Shown piece after piece: positions 19,229-28,859 of a stretch of 56,852 nt of DNA (position 1 is its first letter; each line of letters opens with the position of its first letter). Source of the DNA: Clostridia bacterium (GTDB lineage Bacteria > Bacillota > Clostridia > UMGS1883 > UMGS1540). Location: the NCBI GenBank assembly GCA_045531355.1, contig JAZSDW010000028.1:1-56852 (forward strand), read 5' to 3'. The notes beneath the pieces were generated by a model. That model was given only the letters and a program-made list of their open reading frames with translations. It searched no databases and was not told where the DNA came from. A program made the position numbers and the translations under genes.

Positions 19229-19999
19229 TTAGTAGGTAGAAAGAAAACGGTGGCAAAACGCCTCGTCCGTTTCCATGCGGAAAAGCTTTGCGGCCGACAT
19301 GGCGAAATAGAGCATCGGCGGAAAAAGCGGCTTTTGCATGCAAAACTTTCCGGGGAAGGTAAGGGTAATGCTTTCCCAAATTTTTGCCAGGTCATCTCCA
19401 TGCGGTCCTTCGATATAAAGAGGACATGCCTCCTCATGAATATCCGCCAGAAGCGAAAGATACCCCTCGATAGCTTCCTTCGCAATTTCCAGCGATGCGG
19501 CGTCGCCCTCGTGACACCCCTTTTGCACCACGCGCACATAGGATAGCCGTTTTTCTTCGGAAAGCGTTTTAAAATACGCGTCTATTTCCTCGATTGGAAG
19601 TCCCACAGCCACCTCGAGAGCGTAGCGCAGATACCCGGTGCCGCTTTTGGCCCTTTGCATCGCTTTTCCCAAAACGAAAGTGCTTCCGAGCTTTGCGCTT
19701 CGCTCCACCTTTTTCGTAATCAGCGTGGTTTCTGCATCTATGCGAAGCACGGCGCCGCCTTCCTCCAGCTGACAGCCCCTTAAAAGGGCTTCTTTTTCTG
19801 TTTCCGTCTTTACGCGCCAGCTTTTGGGGCAAAGAATTTGCACACCGCCGAGATACGCGGCCACGCGCCCCTTCGGTAAGTTTTCAAAAAGCGGTTCCAA
19901 AAGGGCGCCTTCTCTTTTCCGGAGCACGACGCCATTTTCCGTGCAGAGAAGGCTCTCTATATTCTCTTTTTGTTTGACGAGCACAGCAATATATCGCAT
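19229..19999 (-). CDS. Hypothetical protein (256 aa), translationally coupled to the upstream glycosidase gene
   Basis: The ATG at 19999 (MRYIAVLV) overlaps the upstream TAA by 1 nt (TAATG). No recognisable motif. Confidence 0.55.
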   Translation of the reverse strand: MRYIAVLVKQKENIESLLCTENGVVLRKREGALLEPLFENLPKGRVAAYLGGVQILCPKSWRVKTETEKEALLRGCQLEEGGAVLRIDAETTLITKKVERSAKLGSTFVLGKAMQRAKSGTGYLRYALEVAVGLPIEEIDAYFKTLSEEKRLSYVRVVQKGCHEGDAASLEIAKEAIEGYLSLLADIHEEACPLYIEGPHGDDLAKIWESITLTFPGKFCMQKPLFPPMLYFAMSAAKLFRMETDEAFCHRFLSTY

Positions 20000-21957
20000 T
20001 ATTCCCAAATCGGCACGGCTTCAAAATGAACCGCGTCTTCCCGAAGCGTAAAACGAACGCCACTCGTGTTAAGGCTATCTTCCAAAAGCGTCCTTGCGCC
20101 AATAGAGGCCCGGGACGCCACCGTAACGAAGCGAATGCCGTTTTTCTCCTTCATCTCCGTCTTTTCACCGGTGCTTATGATAAAAACATCTTTTCCGTTT
20201 CCGTGCAAGGTATCCGTAAGCATGTTTTCAAAAAGTTCGGCCTCCGCCGTATCCGGAAACGCTTCCAAAGGGGACGAAAGAAGGAAAAAGACATTTTTCG
20301 CCGCCGTTTCCTCGCAGATTTCCAGAATATACCGCCACTGCGCGGCATTTTGGGTTCGAATTCCGCTTTTGGAATCTATCGTGACAAACAGGCTGTTCTC
20401 CAGCGCCGTAGACGAAAATTTAGTAACGCCTATTGCCGCTTTGGACGCGTTTTCCCCAAAAGTATACACTATGTCCGCTTCCTCGGCTATGTGCGCAAGG
20501 CGCGCCGCCGTCAGGATATTGAGGAAGGTTTTTCCCTCCGGTGCACCCGGCAGAAGCAAAACGCTCGTACCCTCCTCCGGTTTTTTCTTTTCAAACGGCG
20601 TTGCCTTCGGCAAGGCCTCTATCGTACCAGTCCCTTTAATGCCTGCACATTCTGCATAAACGGTGCAGCTGCCGCTGTGTGCCGGATAGAAAATATTCCC
20701 CACGAAAGTGCCGTCGGGCGAGGAATAGGTAATAGGTTTATCGGCAATATATACAGGGTTATGATGCGCGTCATACGCCCCTAAATACAAATGCACCCCT
20801 TCGCCGGCAATTGCCCTTGTGGCAAAGTTTACCTCCAGCGTTTCCAGTTCGCCCTGCGGCCCTACAAATTTTACGCCAAGCGCCGTAGCCACAGCGCGCT
20901 CTCCGCCGGACGGAAGGTTGACAACGGAAAGCGTATCGCTTGCCCCTTCCCGTGCGACCATGGTTGTACTGCCGCCGCCATCAAGATTGATGGCATCCAC
21001 CGCGCCGAGTTCTATCATGTAGTTTGCCAGTTCCGTTTGCGTCATGCCGGCCGTGGCAGTCTGACGCCCGTCCACTGTCACAAAAAGCAGCGTTTTTCCG
21101 TCTTCTTTGATGCCGGCGGCTGTGCGCGGATGTGTGCCGGCTATAACATTTGTAAACGCCGCCACTTTCCCGCCTGAAACAAGCACCGAGCCGCCGCCGA
21201 TGGCCGTTTCCAGCTTCCCGAGGTCCGGCGTGAGCGTATAGGAAAGGGTGATTTCGTCGCCGGCCTTGAAATTATCGACAAGATAGGTGCTCGTTTCTGT
21301 GGAAATCGCTAGCACAAAGCCATTTTCCGGCACCTCGACGCCGTCCATATCCTGCCGCACTTCCAGCACCACACCGTCTTTTGCCACAAGCTCAGAAACG
21401 CCGTCGTGGCTGCCGGGCGTTTTTCCGCCCCAAGCATCGGTGTATAAAACCATCGACTGCATGGAATGGTACTTATTGATGTGCAGAATCTCCGCTGTAT
21501 ATCCTTCCGGACACTCGACAAAAAGCTGCATATCGAGATATGCGGTCAGAAATTCGCCTTCCTCCGTTTCCAAAAGCGCAGCAAGACCTGTGTCATGCGC
21601 CGGAGAAGAAATCACCTCGCCACCTTCTATGGTAAGCCCGAGCGGTGTGCCCTCCCAATTGAAGAAATCACCATTTATGGCCGCAACCATCCCGCTTTCT
21701 TCCGCCATTGCCTTCACCGTTTTCAGCTTCTGAATCCCGCGGCTGTCAAAAAGCGTGCAAATTTCCAGGTTTTCGTTTTCGGTGTCAATTTCCAGAATAT
21801 TCGCACGATGCCAGCCGGTGTCAGAAAAGCGAACATCCTTTGTAAGCACCACACCCTCCGTGATAATGGTTTCCGTTTTTTTCGTCCAAATCTCTGCCGC
21901 GCTTCCTTGCATTTCCAAAAAAAGAACCGCCGCAAAAGCGAGCCAAATTTTTCGCAT
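19999..21957 (-). CDS. Secreted phosphodiester glycosidase (NAGPA/DUF2233) family protein with extra C-terminal domains
   Basis: AINGDFF and INLDGGGSTTM motifs. Start set at ATG 21957 (MRKIWLAFAAVLFLEMQGSA signal peptide), preceded by AAAGGAGAG. Confidence 0.7.
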   Translation of the reverse strand: MRKIWLAFAAVLFLEMQGSAAEIWTKKTETIITEGVVLTKDVRFSDTGWHRANILEIDTENENLEICTLFDSRGIQKLKTVKAMAEESGMVAAINGDFFNWEGTPLGLTIEGGEVISSPAHDTGLAALLETEEGEFLTAYLDMQLFVECPEGYTAEILHINKYHSMQSMVLYTDAWGGKTPGSHDGVSELVAKDGVVLEVRQDMDGVEVPENGFVLAISTETSTYLVDNFKAGDEITLSYTLTPDLGKLETAIGGGSVLVSGGKVAAFTNVIAGTHPRTAAGIKEDGKTLLFVTVDGRQTATAGMTQTELANYMIELGAVDAINLDGGGSTTMVAREGASDTLSVVNLPSGGERAVATALGVKFVGPQGELETLEVNFATRAIAGEGVHLYLGAYDAHHNPVYIADKPITYSSPDGTFVGNIFYPAHSGSCTVYAECAGIKGTGTIEALPKATPFEKKKPEEGTSVLLLPGAPEGKTFLNILTAARLAHIAEEADIVYTFGENASKAAIGVTKFSSTALENSLFVTIDSKSGIRTQNAAQWRYILEICEETAAKNVFFLLSSPLEAFPDTAEAELFENMLTDTLHGNGKDVFIISTGEKTEMKEKNGIRFVTVASRASIGARTLLEDSLNTSGVRFTLREDAVHFEAVPIWE

Positions 21958-22181
21958 ATCATTCTCTCCTTTGTAAACCGCCTCCGCCTGCGAAGGTAAA
22001 AAGCTTAAAAACGCCCATTTGAAAGGGCAAAATCCAGATGCTTTTATTATAGCACATTTCGAAAAAAAATAAAAGGACAAATCGCGAGTTCCCAAAAAAT
22101 ACTGCAAAAATTTTTGTTTTTTCCTCTCGGCTTTCAGAATTTTGTAAACCACCATTTTGCTAATAAAAACGCATTTCTTAC

Positions 22182-22277
22182 TTTTCCACACATTTGCGGA
22201 ATTTTGTGCGAAAACCATGTGGAAAATGTGGATAACTTCTTGGATAACTCTTTTAAACGCGCTTTTTGTGTGGAAAA
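22182..22277. promoter_or_regulatory. DnaA-box cluster
   Basis: TTTTCCACA at 22182-90 (+). tgtggaaaa at 22218-26 and tgtggataa at 22227-35 (the latter is the reverse complement of the perfect TTATCCACA) abut each other. tgtggaaaa again at 22269-77. Weaker box TTATCCAAG (rc) at 22239-47. Confidence 0.6.
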
Positions 22278-22382
22278 CTTTTTCCCCACCTCCAGTTTGC
22301 TTTTGTTTATTTTTTCCAATTGGTTTACATAATTCATGCGTAATTTTTTCCAAAAAAATCCAACTGACAAAAGAAGCGTTTT

Positions 22383-22419
22383 TTCGGCAAAGGAATCACA
22401 GGGCAGCGCGGCGAATATT
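22383..22419 (+). promoter_or_regulatory. Candidate sigma-H type promoter of the spoIIA operon, with an adjacent 0A-box-like heptamer
   Basis: AAAGGAATC (22389-97), 12 nt, then GGCGAATAT (GAAT at 22413-16), about 40 nt upstream of the spoIIAA ATG. TTCGGCA at 22383-89 is one mismatch from TTCGACA. Confidence 0.4.
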
Positions 22420-22456
22420 CTTTTAACTGTAAAATTTTTCCAATTGGGAGGCTAGT

Positions 22457-22792
22457 ATGGAACTCGTATGCAAAAAGACGGGCCGCGCACTGGTTGCCAC
22501 GCTCCGCGGAGAGCTGGACCACCATAACGCTGCCTATGTACGCACGGAACTGGAGGACCGGTTTTCTTCCATCGGAATGCGAAACCTTATCTTCGACCTT
22601 TCCGAACTGCGCTTTATGGATAGCTCCGGTCTTGGCATTTTAATCGGCCGCTACAAAACGGTTGCAGCACTCGGCGGCCAGACCCGGATTGCCGCACCCA
22701 CGAAAGAAGCGGACAGGCTGTTACGGCTCTCGGGGCTTGACAGAATTATCCCCATTTATGAAACGCTGGAGGCCGCAGAGGCAGGGCTATAG
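22457..22792 (+). CDS. spoIIAA: Anti-sigma F factor antagonist
   Basis: STAS domain with phosphorylatable-Ser context FMDSSGLGILIGRY. First gene of the AA-AB-sigF triad. Confidence 0.9.
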   Translation: MELVCKKTGRALVATLRGELDHHNAAYVRTELEDRFSSIGMRNLIFDLSELRFMDSSGLGILIGRYKTVAALGGQTRIAAPTKEADRLLRLSGLDRIIPIYETLEAAEAGL

Positions 22793-22806
22793 AAAGGAAA
22801 AACGCT

Positions 22807-23226
22807 ATGAAAAACAAAATTAAGCTGATTATGGACGCGCGTTCCATAAACGAGGGATTCGCCCGCGCGGCGGCAGCCGCCTTTGCGGCACGGCTGGACC
22901 CCACTTTAGAGGAGCTCGCCGACATCAAAACGGCGATAAGCGAGGCCGTTACAAATGCCATTATCCATGGCTACGAAGGAAGAGAAGGGCGCGTTTGTCT
23001 GGAAATGGAAGCGGCAGGGCGGCTTTTGACCTTCACCATTCGCGACCGTGGCCGCGGAATTGCCGATGTGGAGAAGGCGATGCGTCCGCTTTATACCTCC
23101 AAACCGCACCTCGAGCGAAGCGGCATGGGCTTTACGGTGATGGAAAGCTTTATGGATAGCCTTTCCGTCATTTCAAAGGTGGACGAAGGGACGCGTGTGA
23201 CAATGACCAAACGAATCCATGAATGA
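22807..23226 (+). CDS. spoIIAB: Anti-sigma F factor (serine kinase)
   Basis: GHKL ATPase motifs EAVTNAIIHG, DRGRGI and SGMGFTVM. Confidence 0.9.
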   Translation: MKNKIKLIMDARSINEGFARAAAAAFAARLDPTLEELADIKTAISEAVTNAIIHGYEGREGRVCLEMEAAGRLLTFTIRDRGRGIADVEKAMRPLYTSKPHLERSGMGFTVMESFMDSLSVISKVDEGTRVTMTKRIHE

Positions 23227-23938
23227 CGCTACATACGCCGCCATCCGCGCCGCAAAGGCAGGGGACGCCGCGGCACTGGAGACACTTACGAAGGAAAACG
23301 CGCCGCTGATTCGCAGCATTACGAGCCGTTTCCGCGGACGCGGCACCGAGGACGAGGATTTGTTTCAGCTCGGCGCCATCGGCTTTATCAAGGCCGTTCG
23401 GGGCTTTGACACAACGCGCGGTCTTGCCCTTTCCACCTATGCGGTGCCGCTTATCATGGGCGAGGTGCGCCGCCATCTTCGGGACAACGGGATTTTAAAG
23501 GTCAGCCGCAGCATGCGCGAGCTTGCCGCTTCTGCTGCTTCCGTCACGCATACGCTGACCGGCAAAACCGGCGAAGTGCCATCTATTTCTATGGTTGCGG
23601 AAGCGCTCGGCGTCGAAGCCGAAACCCTTGCCGCCGCCCTTACGGCCGTGCAGCCGCCGGATTCCCTTTCCCGCCCGCTTGCAGACGGAGAAGGAAGCCT
23701 TGGAGACCTTCTTGTGGGAAGCGAGGATATTGCCGAGACGGCCGCCGATCGCCTGACGCTTCTGCAGCTTCTGGAGAGCGGTGGCGAGCTGGAGCGGCGC
23801 GTGATTTTTTATCGCTATTACAAGGATAAAACCCAGACGGAAACGGCAAAGCTTCTGGGGATTTCGCAGGTGCAGGTTTCCCGCGCAGAAAAAAAGGCGC
23901 TCACCCGCCTGCGCACGCTCTTAACCGGCGACGCATAA
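23219..23938 (+). CDS. sigF: Sporulation sigma factor F
   Basis: Sigma-70 regions 2-4 (DLFQLGAIGFIKAVRGFD; QTETAKLLGISQVQVSRAEKKAL). Overlaps spoIIAB by 8 nt. Confidence 0.88.
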   Translation: MNDATYAAIRAAKAGDAAALETLTKENAPLIRSITSRFRGRGTEDEDLFQLGAIGFIKAVRGFDTTRGLALSTYAVPLIMGEVRRHLRDNGILKVSRSMRELAASAASVTHTLTGKTGEVPSISMVAEALGVEAETLAAALTAVQPPDSLSRPLADGEGSLGDLLVGSEDIAETAADRLTLLQLLESGGELERRVIFYRYYKDKTQTETAKLLGISQVQVSRAEKKALTRLRTLLTGDA

Positions 23939-23943
23939 ATTCA

Positions 23944-23972
23944 TTGACAATCCGGCGTTTTTGTGATATACT
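23944..23972 (+). promoter_or_regulatory. Sigma-A promoter of rnpB
   Basis: TTGACA, 17 nt, TATACT, ending 6 nt before the P1 stem of RNase P RNA. Confidence 0.65.
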
Positions 23973-23978
23973 CTTCCC

Positions 23979-24318
23979 GTGAGCAAGCCGGGCAATCGCG
24001 GCGAAGCCTTCATAGCTTCGGTGAGGAAAGTCCGAGCACCACAGGGCAAGGGTGCCAGATAACATCTGGTGGAGGCGACTCTAAGGATAGTGTAACAGAA
24101 AACAACCGCCGATTTTTCGGTAAGGATGGAAAGGCGAGGTAAGAGCTCACCGGCGGTATGGAGACATATCGGCCGTATAAACCCCACCCGGTGCAACACC
24201 AACCGGAGAGATAAGCTGGCCCGGCGCTTCTCCGACCGGTGGCTAAAGCCGTATAGCAATATGCGGCGTAGATAGATGATTGTCTAAGACAGAACTCGGC
24301 TTACAGACTTGCTCACAC
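23979..24318 (+). ncRNA. rnpB: RNase P RNA (bacterial, Firmicutes type B-like)
   Basis: Universally conserved GAGGAAAGTCCGAGC (P4 5' strand) and ACAGAACTCGGCTTACAG (P4 3' strand). P1 pairing is gtgagcaag (23979-87) with cttgctcac (24308-16). Confidence 0.9.
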
Positions 24319-24332
24319 ACTTGCAAACGATG

Positions 24333-24366
24333 CCGCAAAATGAGAGAATTTCATTTTGCGGTTTTT
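24333..24366 (+). terminator. Terminator of rnpB
   Basis: ccgcaaaatga / tcattttgcgg stem followed by ttttt. Confidence 0.7.
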
Positions 24367-24370
24367 GCAT

Positions 24371-24418
24371 GAAAAGGAGCTGTAAATTAACTGCGCGTTA
24401 ATTTACAGCTCCTTTTTT
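24371..24418. terminator. Terminator hairpin downstream of lon (minus strand), bidirectional shape
   Basis: 15-bp stem ggagctgtaaattaa / ttaatttacagctcc flanked by A/T runs. Confidence 0.65.
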
Positions 24419-24433
24419 GTGGTCTAGACTTTT

Positions 24434-26809
24434 TTAGGCGTGAATGCCCTGTGTTTCTGTTTCAGCCGCAAAATATGTCTCGTTTTCGTCCTCGTGTTTC
24501 GTCGCCAAAAGCGCCTTTTCCAGCACTTCGTCCATTGTGGAAACCGGAATGATTTCCACATGCTCCAAAACTTCCTTTCCAACCTCGTCTAAATCGCGCA
24601 CATTTTCCTTTGGAATCAGCACGCGCTTTTTGCCGAGGCGATACGCCGCCAGAAGCTTTTCCCGGATGCCGCCTACGGGCAGCACCCGCCCGCGGAGCGT
24701 AACTTCGCCTGTCATTGCAATATCGCCGCATACGGCGCGGTGGGAAAGCGCAGAGGCAATCGCCGTCGTAATCGTAATGCCGGCAGATGGGCCATCTTTC
24801 GGCACGGCGCCCTCCGGCACATGCAGATGAATGTCCTTCGTCTTATAAAAATCAGGTGCAATGCCGAGCGCATCGGTGCGGGTGCGGATGTAGCTGATGG
24901 CAGCTTCAGCCGACTCCTTCATTACATCGCCAAGGCTTCCTGTAAGCTTCGTTTTTCCGCTTCCGTCCATTACGGCAACCTCTATGCGGAGCGTTTCGCC
25001 GCCAACGGCCGTCCACGCAAGGCCATGGGCTGTGCCAACCTCGTCCGTCCCCGTTTCCATATCGCGAATATATTTTGCCTTGCCCAGCATGCTTTCACAA
25101 GCGGCGGCCGTGACCACAATTTTTTCTTCGCCGCGCTCAATGCGTGCGGCAAGCCGCCGGCAAAGGCGTTCCAGTTCCCTTTGCAATTGCCGGACGCCCG
25201 CTTCACGCGTATAGCTTTGCAAAATGAATCGTACGGCATCTTTTCGCACAGAGATGCCGTGTCCGTCCAGCCCGTGTGCCTGCATCGCCGCCGGAAGCAA
25301 ATGCCGCATCGCAATCTCCAGCTTTTCCGTTTCGGTATAGCCGGAAATTTCAATCACCTCCATGCGGTCATACAGCGGCGCGGGGATAGCATCCGCGCGG
25401 TTGGCGGTTGTAATAAACATCACATGCTCAAGAGGAAAGGGGACCTCCAGATAATGGTCGCGGAAGGTGTGGTTTTGCGCCGGATCCAGCACCTCTAAAA
25501 GCGCCGCCGACGGGTCGCCCTTGAAATCTGCCCCCATCTTGTCAATTTCATCGAGCAAAACGAGCGGATTTTCACTTCCGGCACGCCGCACGGCGTCCGC
25601 AATCCGCCCGGGCATCGAGCCGATATAGGTTTTGCGATGGCCGCGGATATCCGCCTCGTCATGCACGCCGCCGAGGGAAATCCGCACATAGTTTCGTCCG
25701 AGCGCCTCGGCCACAGAGCGGGCAATCGAGGTTTTTCCGACGCCGGGCGGGCCGACAAGACATAAAATCTGCCCCTTCATGTCTCCGGCCAGCTTCCGCA
25801 CCGCGAGATATTCCATAATCCGTTCCTTGACTTTGGTAAGCCCAAAATGATCCCTTTCCAAAATGCGGGCAGCACGGCGCAGGTTCGTATTTTCAACCGT
25901 GCGAATCCCATACGGCATTTCAAGAAGCGTTTCCAGATAGGTATAGGTTACATTCGCCTCGGGGGACGACGGTGGCTGACGGCGTAGCTTCAAGAGCTCC
26001 CGCTCGGCCTTTTCCCGCACTTCGTCCGGCAGCGCGCGCGAATAGATTTTATTTTCAAAGGCCGCAAGCTCTTCATCATAATCATCGCCAAGCTCGCGAG
26101 AGATGACCTGCAGCTGTTCTCTTAAAAAGGCTTCCTTCCGGTGCTGCGCCAGATTTTCCTGCACCCGGGCGGTAATAGAGTTTTCCGTCTTTTGCACCAA
26201 AAGCTCGCCTTCCATAATATCAAGAAAAAGCCGGGCGCGCTGCGCCACATTTCTTTCCTCTAAAATGGCTTGCTTATCCTCGGCGCGGACGAAGAAATTA
26301 AATGCCAGAAAATCGAGATATTTCCCGAGGTCCGTTTCATTTTGTGCCACCTGATACACTTCTCGGCTCGCGCGGGGGTTAATGGAAAGATATTCGGAGA
26401 AAATACCATCGATAATGCGCCGTGTTGCTTCCTCTTCTTCCGGCTCTATCCCGCGGCGGATAGAGCGGCACTGCTGAACCGTGCAGGAAAGAAATTCGCC
26501 TTCGGTCTCTATGTCTGTGCGCCTTGCGCGGTATAAGCCTTCCACCAGAACGCGGACATGGTTTTGCGGCAAACGCAGAAGCTGACGGATTTTCGCGACC
26601 GTACCGACCTCGTAAATCCGCTTTTCGTCCGGCTCGTTTTCCGTTGCGTCCATTTGCGTGGCAAAAAAGGCAACTTGCCCGTTTTGCATGGCGGCCTCCA
26701 GCGCTTTTATGGATGGTTCTCTTGCTACATCAAAGTGCAAAATCGTATATGGGAAAATGACAATGCCCCGCACAGGGATAAGCGGCATCGTCAACAGTTG
26801 TTTTGGCAT
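24434..26809 (-). CDS. lon: ATP-dependent Lon protease (LonA)
   Basis: LON N-domain, Walker [10 protein letters not shown], catalytic Ser in [10 protein letters not shown]. Confidence 0.93.
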   Translation of the reverse strand: MPKQLLTMPLIPVRGIVIFPYTILHFDVAREPSIKALEAAMQNGQVAFFATQMDATENEPDEKRIYEVGTVAKIRQLLRLPQNHVRVLVEGLYRARRTDIETEGEFLSCTVQQCRSIRRGIEPEEEEATRRIIDGIFSEYLSINPRASREVYQVAQNETDLGKYLDFLAFNFFVRAEDKQAILEERNVAQRARLFLDIMEGELLVQKTENSITARVQENLAQHRKEAFLREQLQVISRELGDDYDEELAAFENKIYSRALPDEVREKAERELLKLRRQPPSSPEANVTYTYLETLLEMPYGIRTVENTNLRRAARILERDHFGLTKVKERIMEYLAVRKLAGDMKGQILCLVGPPGVGKTSIARSVAEALGRNYVRISLGGVHDEADIRGHRKTYIGSMPGRIADAVRRAGSENPLVLLDEIDKMGADFKGDPSAALLEVLDPAQNHTFRDHYLEVPFPLEHVMFITTANRADAIPAPLYDRMEVIEISGYTETEKLEIAMRHLLPAAMQAHGLDGHGISVRKDAVRFILQSYTREAGVRQLQRELERLCRRLAARIERGEEKIVVTAAACESMLGKAKYIRDMETGTDEVGTAHGLAWTAVGGETLRIEVAVMDGSGKTKLTGSLGDVMKESAEAAISYIRTRTDALGIAPDFYKTKDIHLHVPEGAVPKDGPSAGITITTAIASALSHRAVCGDIAMTGEVTLRGRVLPVGGIREKLLAAYRLGKKRVLIPKENVRDLDEVGKEVLEHVEIIPVSTMDEVLEKALLATKHEDENETYFAAETETQGIHA

Positions 26810-26840
26810 GCTATGTGCTCCTTTCCGTTGTCTTTTCTAC

Positions 26841-26869
26841 AGTATAGCGCATTTCGGCCTATATTTCAA
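26841..26869 (-). promoter_or_regulatory. Sigma-A promoter of lon
   Basis: On the minus strand: TTGAAA, 17 nt, TATACT. Confidence 0.55.
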
Positions 26870-26950
26870 GTGTTTATGCAAAGTTCTGCGCTTTTTCGCG
26901 CATGTAATTTCAGGGAGGCGGGGGAACTGTGCCCATTTCAAATTGCATAT

Positions 26951-26989
26951 AAAAAAGAGAAATCTGCTTTTTGCTGATTTCTCTTTTTA
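26951..26989. terminator. Terminator downstream of the sugar kinase gene
   Basis: agagaaatc / gatttctct stem flanked by an A-run and a T-run. Confidence 0.6.
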
Positions 26990-27008
26990 TATCGGGAGTT
27001 CTTTTCGA

Positions 27009-28088
27009 TTAGCGCTTTACGCGGGCATTCCCTTCCCAGATGCTCCAGACCTGCTCTTCGTCTGCCGGCTGTGCATAGTCGGTGAGGAAGGTTGTGGCCA
27101 TCGCACCGCTGGCCCAGCCGAACTGAATCCATTTTTCCGGTGCCCACTGTTTCAGAATCGCATAGAGGAGACCGCCGACAAATCCATCGCCACCGCCGAT
27201 GCGGTCGAGAACATGAATTTCGCGCGGTTCTACAACATGCCAGTTATCGCCTTCCAGCATGATGCCGCCCCACAGGTGGCAGTTTGTATGCACAACCTGC
27301 CGCAGCGTGGTTGCATACACCGAGGTGTTGGGGTACGCTTTCTTCACTTCCATAATCATGCCTTTGAAGGACTCAATCTTCGAGCCGATGTCCTTGCCGC
27401 CGGCTTCGGGGCCCTTCATACCGAGACAAAGCTGGAAATCTTCCTCATTGCCGATTAAGATATCCGAAACGCTTGCGATTTCTGCAAAGCTCTTTGCCAG
27501 CTCTTCTTCGCGGTTAATCCAGAAGGAAGCGCGGTAATTTAAGTCAAAGGAAATCAGCGTGCCATACTTTTTCGCCGCACGCGCAAGTTCCAGACAGAAG
27601 GTAGTCGTATCAGGAGAAAGCGCCGCAATCAGGCCGGAAAGGTGCAGAATCTGCACGCCCTCTTCGCCGAAAATGCGCTCCAAATCAAAATCTTTAATGT
27701 TCAGCGTTCTGCCGACTTCGCCGGCTCTGTCGTTTTGTACGCGCGGGCCGCGGGAGCCGTAGCCGCTGTCTGCAATATTAAACTGGTGCCGGTATCCCCA
27801 CGGGCCGCCCTGTTCCACTTCCTTGCCCTCATAGGCCATGTGGCGGGCAGAGAGATTGCTCTTGATAAACTGTGCAATCGGGCTTCCCTTTACGAAGGTT
27901 GTGAGAACCTTTACGGGGAGGCCGAGATAGGACGAGACGCTTGCAACATTGGTTTCTGCGCTTGTTGCCTGCATCACAAACCGGTCGCTCGCGTTTACCG
28001 GCTGGCCGTTTTCCGGCGTGATTCTGACGCCCATGCTGGTAGGAACGACTAAGGACCACTTGCAGTTTTCTTTTAGTTTCATGCTCAT
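27009..28088 (-). CDS. PfkB-family sugar kinase (2-dehydro-3-deoxygluconokinase-like)
   Basis: PfkB signature DRIGGGDGFVGGLLY near the C-terminus. Overall KDG-kinase-like length. Confidence 0.65.
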   Translation of the reverse strand: MSMKLKENCKWSLVVPTSMGVRITPENGQPVNASDRFVMQATSAETNVASVSSYLGLPVKVLTTFVKGSPIAQFIKSNLSARHMAYEGKEVEQGGPWGYRHQFNIADSGYGSRGPRVQNDRAGEVGRTLNIKDFDLERIFGEEGVQILHLSGLIAALSPDTTTFCLELARAAKKYGTLISFDLNYRASFWINREEELAKSFAEIASVSDILIGNEEDFQLCLGMKGPEAGGKDIGSKIESFKGMIMEVKKAYPNTSVYATTLRQVVHTNCHLWGGIMLEGDNWHVVEPREIHVLDRIGGGDGFVGGLLYAILKQWAPEKWIQFGWASGAMATTFLTDYAQPADEEQVWSIWEGNARVKR

Positions 28089-28112
28089 TTTAAATACCTC
28101 TCTTTATATAAT

Positions 28113-28859
28113 TTATAAAATTTTTCGTAAGAAGGATTGGGTGCGCGGATTCTTCGGCTTTGAAAAGACCTCCTCGGGCGTTCCCTTTTCCACCACAGCC
28201 CCTTCGTCCATAAACACCACCGTGTCGGCAACCTCGCGGGCAAAACCCATCTCATGCGTAACAATGACCATCGTCATGCCCTCACGGGCAAGCTGCTTCA
28301 TAACATCGAGCACCTCGCCGACCATTTCCGGATCGAGCGCACTCGTCGGCTCGTCAAAGAGCATCACATCGGGATTCATGCAAAGCGCGCGCACAATGGC
28401 GATGCGTTGCTTCTGCCCGCCGGAAAGCTGAGAGGGATAGGCCGCCGCGCGGTCCTGAAGGCCAACGCGGGCAAGAAGCGCTCTGGCCTTTTCCTCGGCC
28501 TCTGCCTGCGGCATTTTTAAAAGTTTTGTCGGTGCCAGCGTCATGTTGCGAAGCACGGTATAGTGCGGAAACAGGTTGAACTGCTGAAACACCATGCCCA
28601 TTTTCCGGCGCATCCGGTTAATGTCGACCTTATGGTCGGTAATGTCGGTGTTCTCAAAATAAATGTGCCCGCCCGTCGGCTCCTCTAAAAGGTTGAGAGA
28701 GCGAAGGAAGGTGGATTTCCCGCTTCCGGAAGGGCCGATAATCACGACAACCTCTCCGCGGTGGATTTCCATGTCCACCTCATTTAAGGCATGAATGGTG
28801 CCCTTAAAGCATTTTGAAAGCTTTTCGGTGCGGATAATCACTTCGCCTTTATCTTTCAC
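28113..28859 (-). CDS. Amino-acid ABC transporter ATP-binding protein
   Basis: [27 protein letters not shown]. GlnQ/polar amino acid type. Confidence 0.88.
   Translation of the reverse strand: MKDKGEVIIRTEKLSKCFKGTIHALNEVDMEIHRGEVVVIIGPSGSGKSTFLRSLNLLEEPTGGHIYFENTDITDHKVDINRMRRKMGMVFQQFNLFPHYTVLRNMTLAPTKLLKMPQAEAEEKARALLARVGLQDRAAAYPSQLSGGQKQRIAIVRALCMNPDVMLFDEPTSALDPEMVGEVLDVMKQLAREGMTMVIVTHEMGFAREVADTVVFMDEGAVVEKGTPEEVFSKPKNPRTQSFLRKIL

Noticed and set aside
20352-20364. tRNA T-arm-like string gggttcgaattcc
   Set aside because: It lies inside the phosphodiester glycosidase CDS. No acceptor, anticodon or D-arm pairing can be built around it.
21958-22353. A 132-codon N-terminal extension of the glycosidase ORF, and small ORFs 22134-22370 (-) and 22157-22426 (+)
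   Set aside because: The region is A/T-rich and low-complexity, with Lys/Phe-rich translations and no RBS. The signal-peptide start at 21957 has a strong RBS. These ORFs are by-products of the A/T-rich spacer.
22000-22456. Chromosomal replication origin (oriC) at the DnaA-box cluster
   Set aside because: No dnaA, dnaN or rpmH lies nearby. The bulk gene orientation around the site (plus strand on the left, minus strand on the right) is the opposite of an origin. I treat it as a non-oriC DnaA-box cluster until whole-genome GC skew says otherwise.
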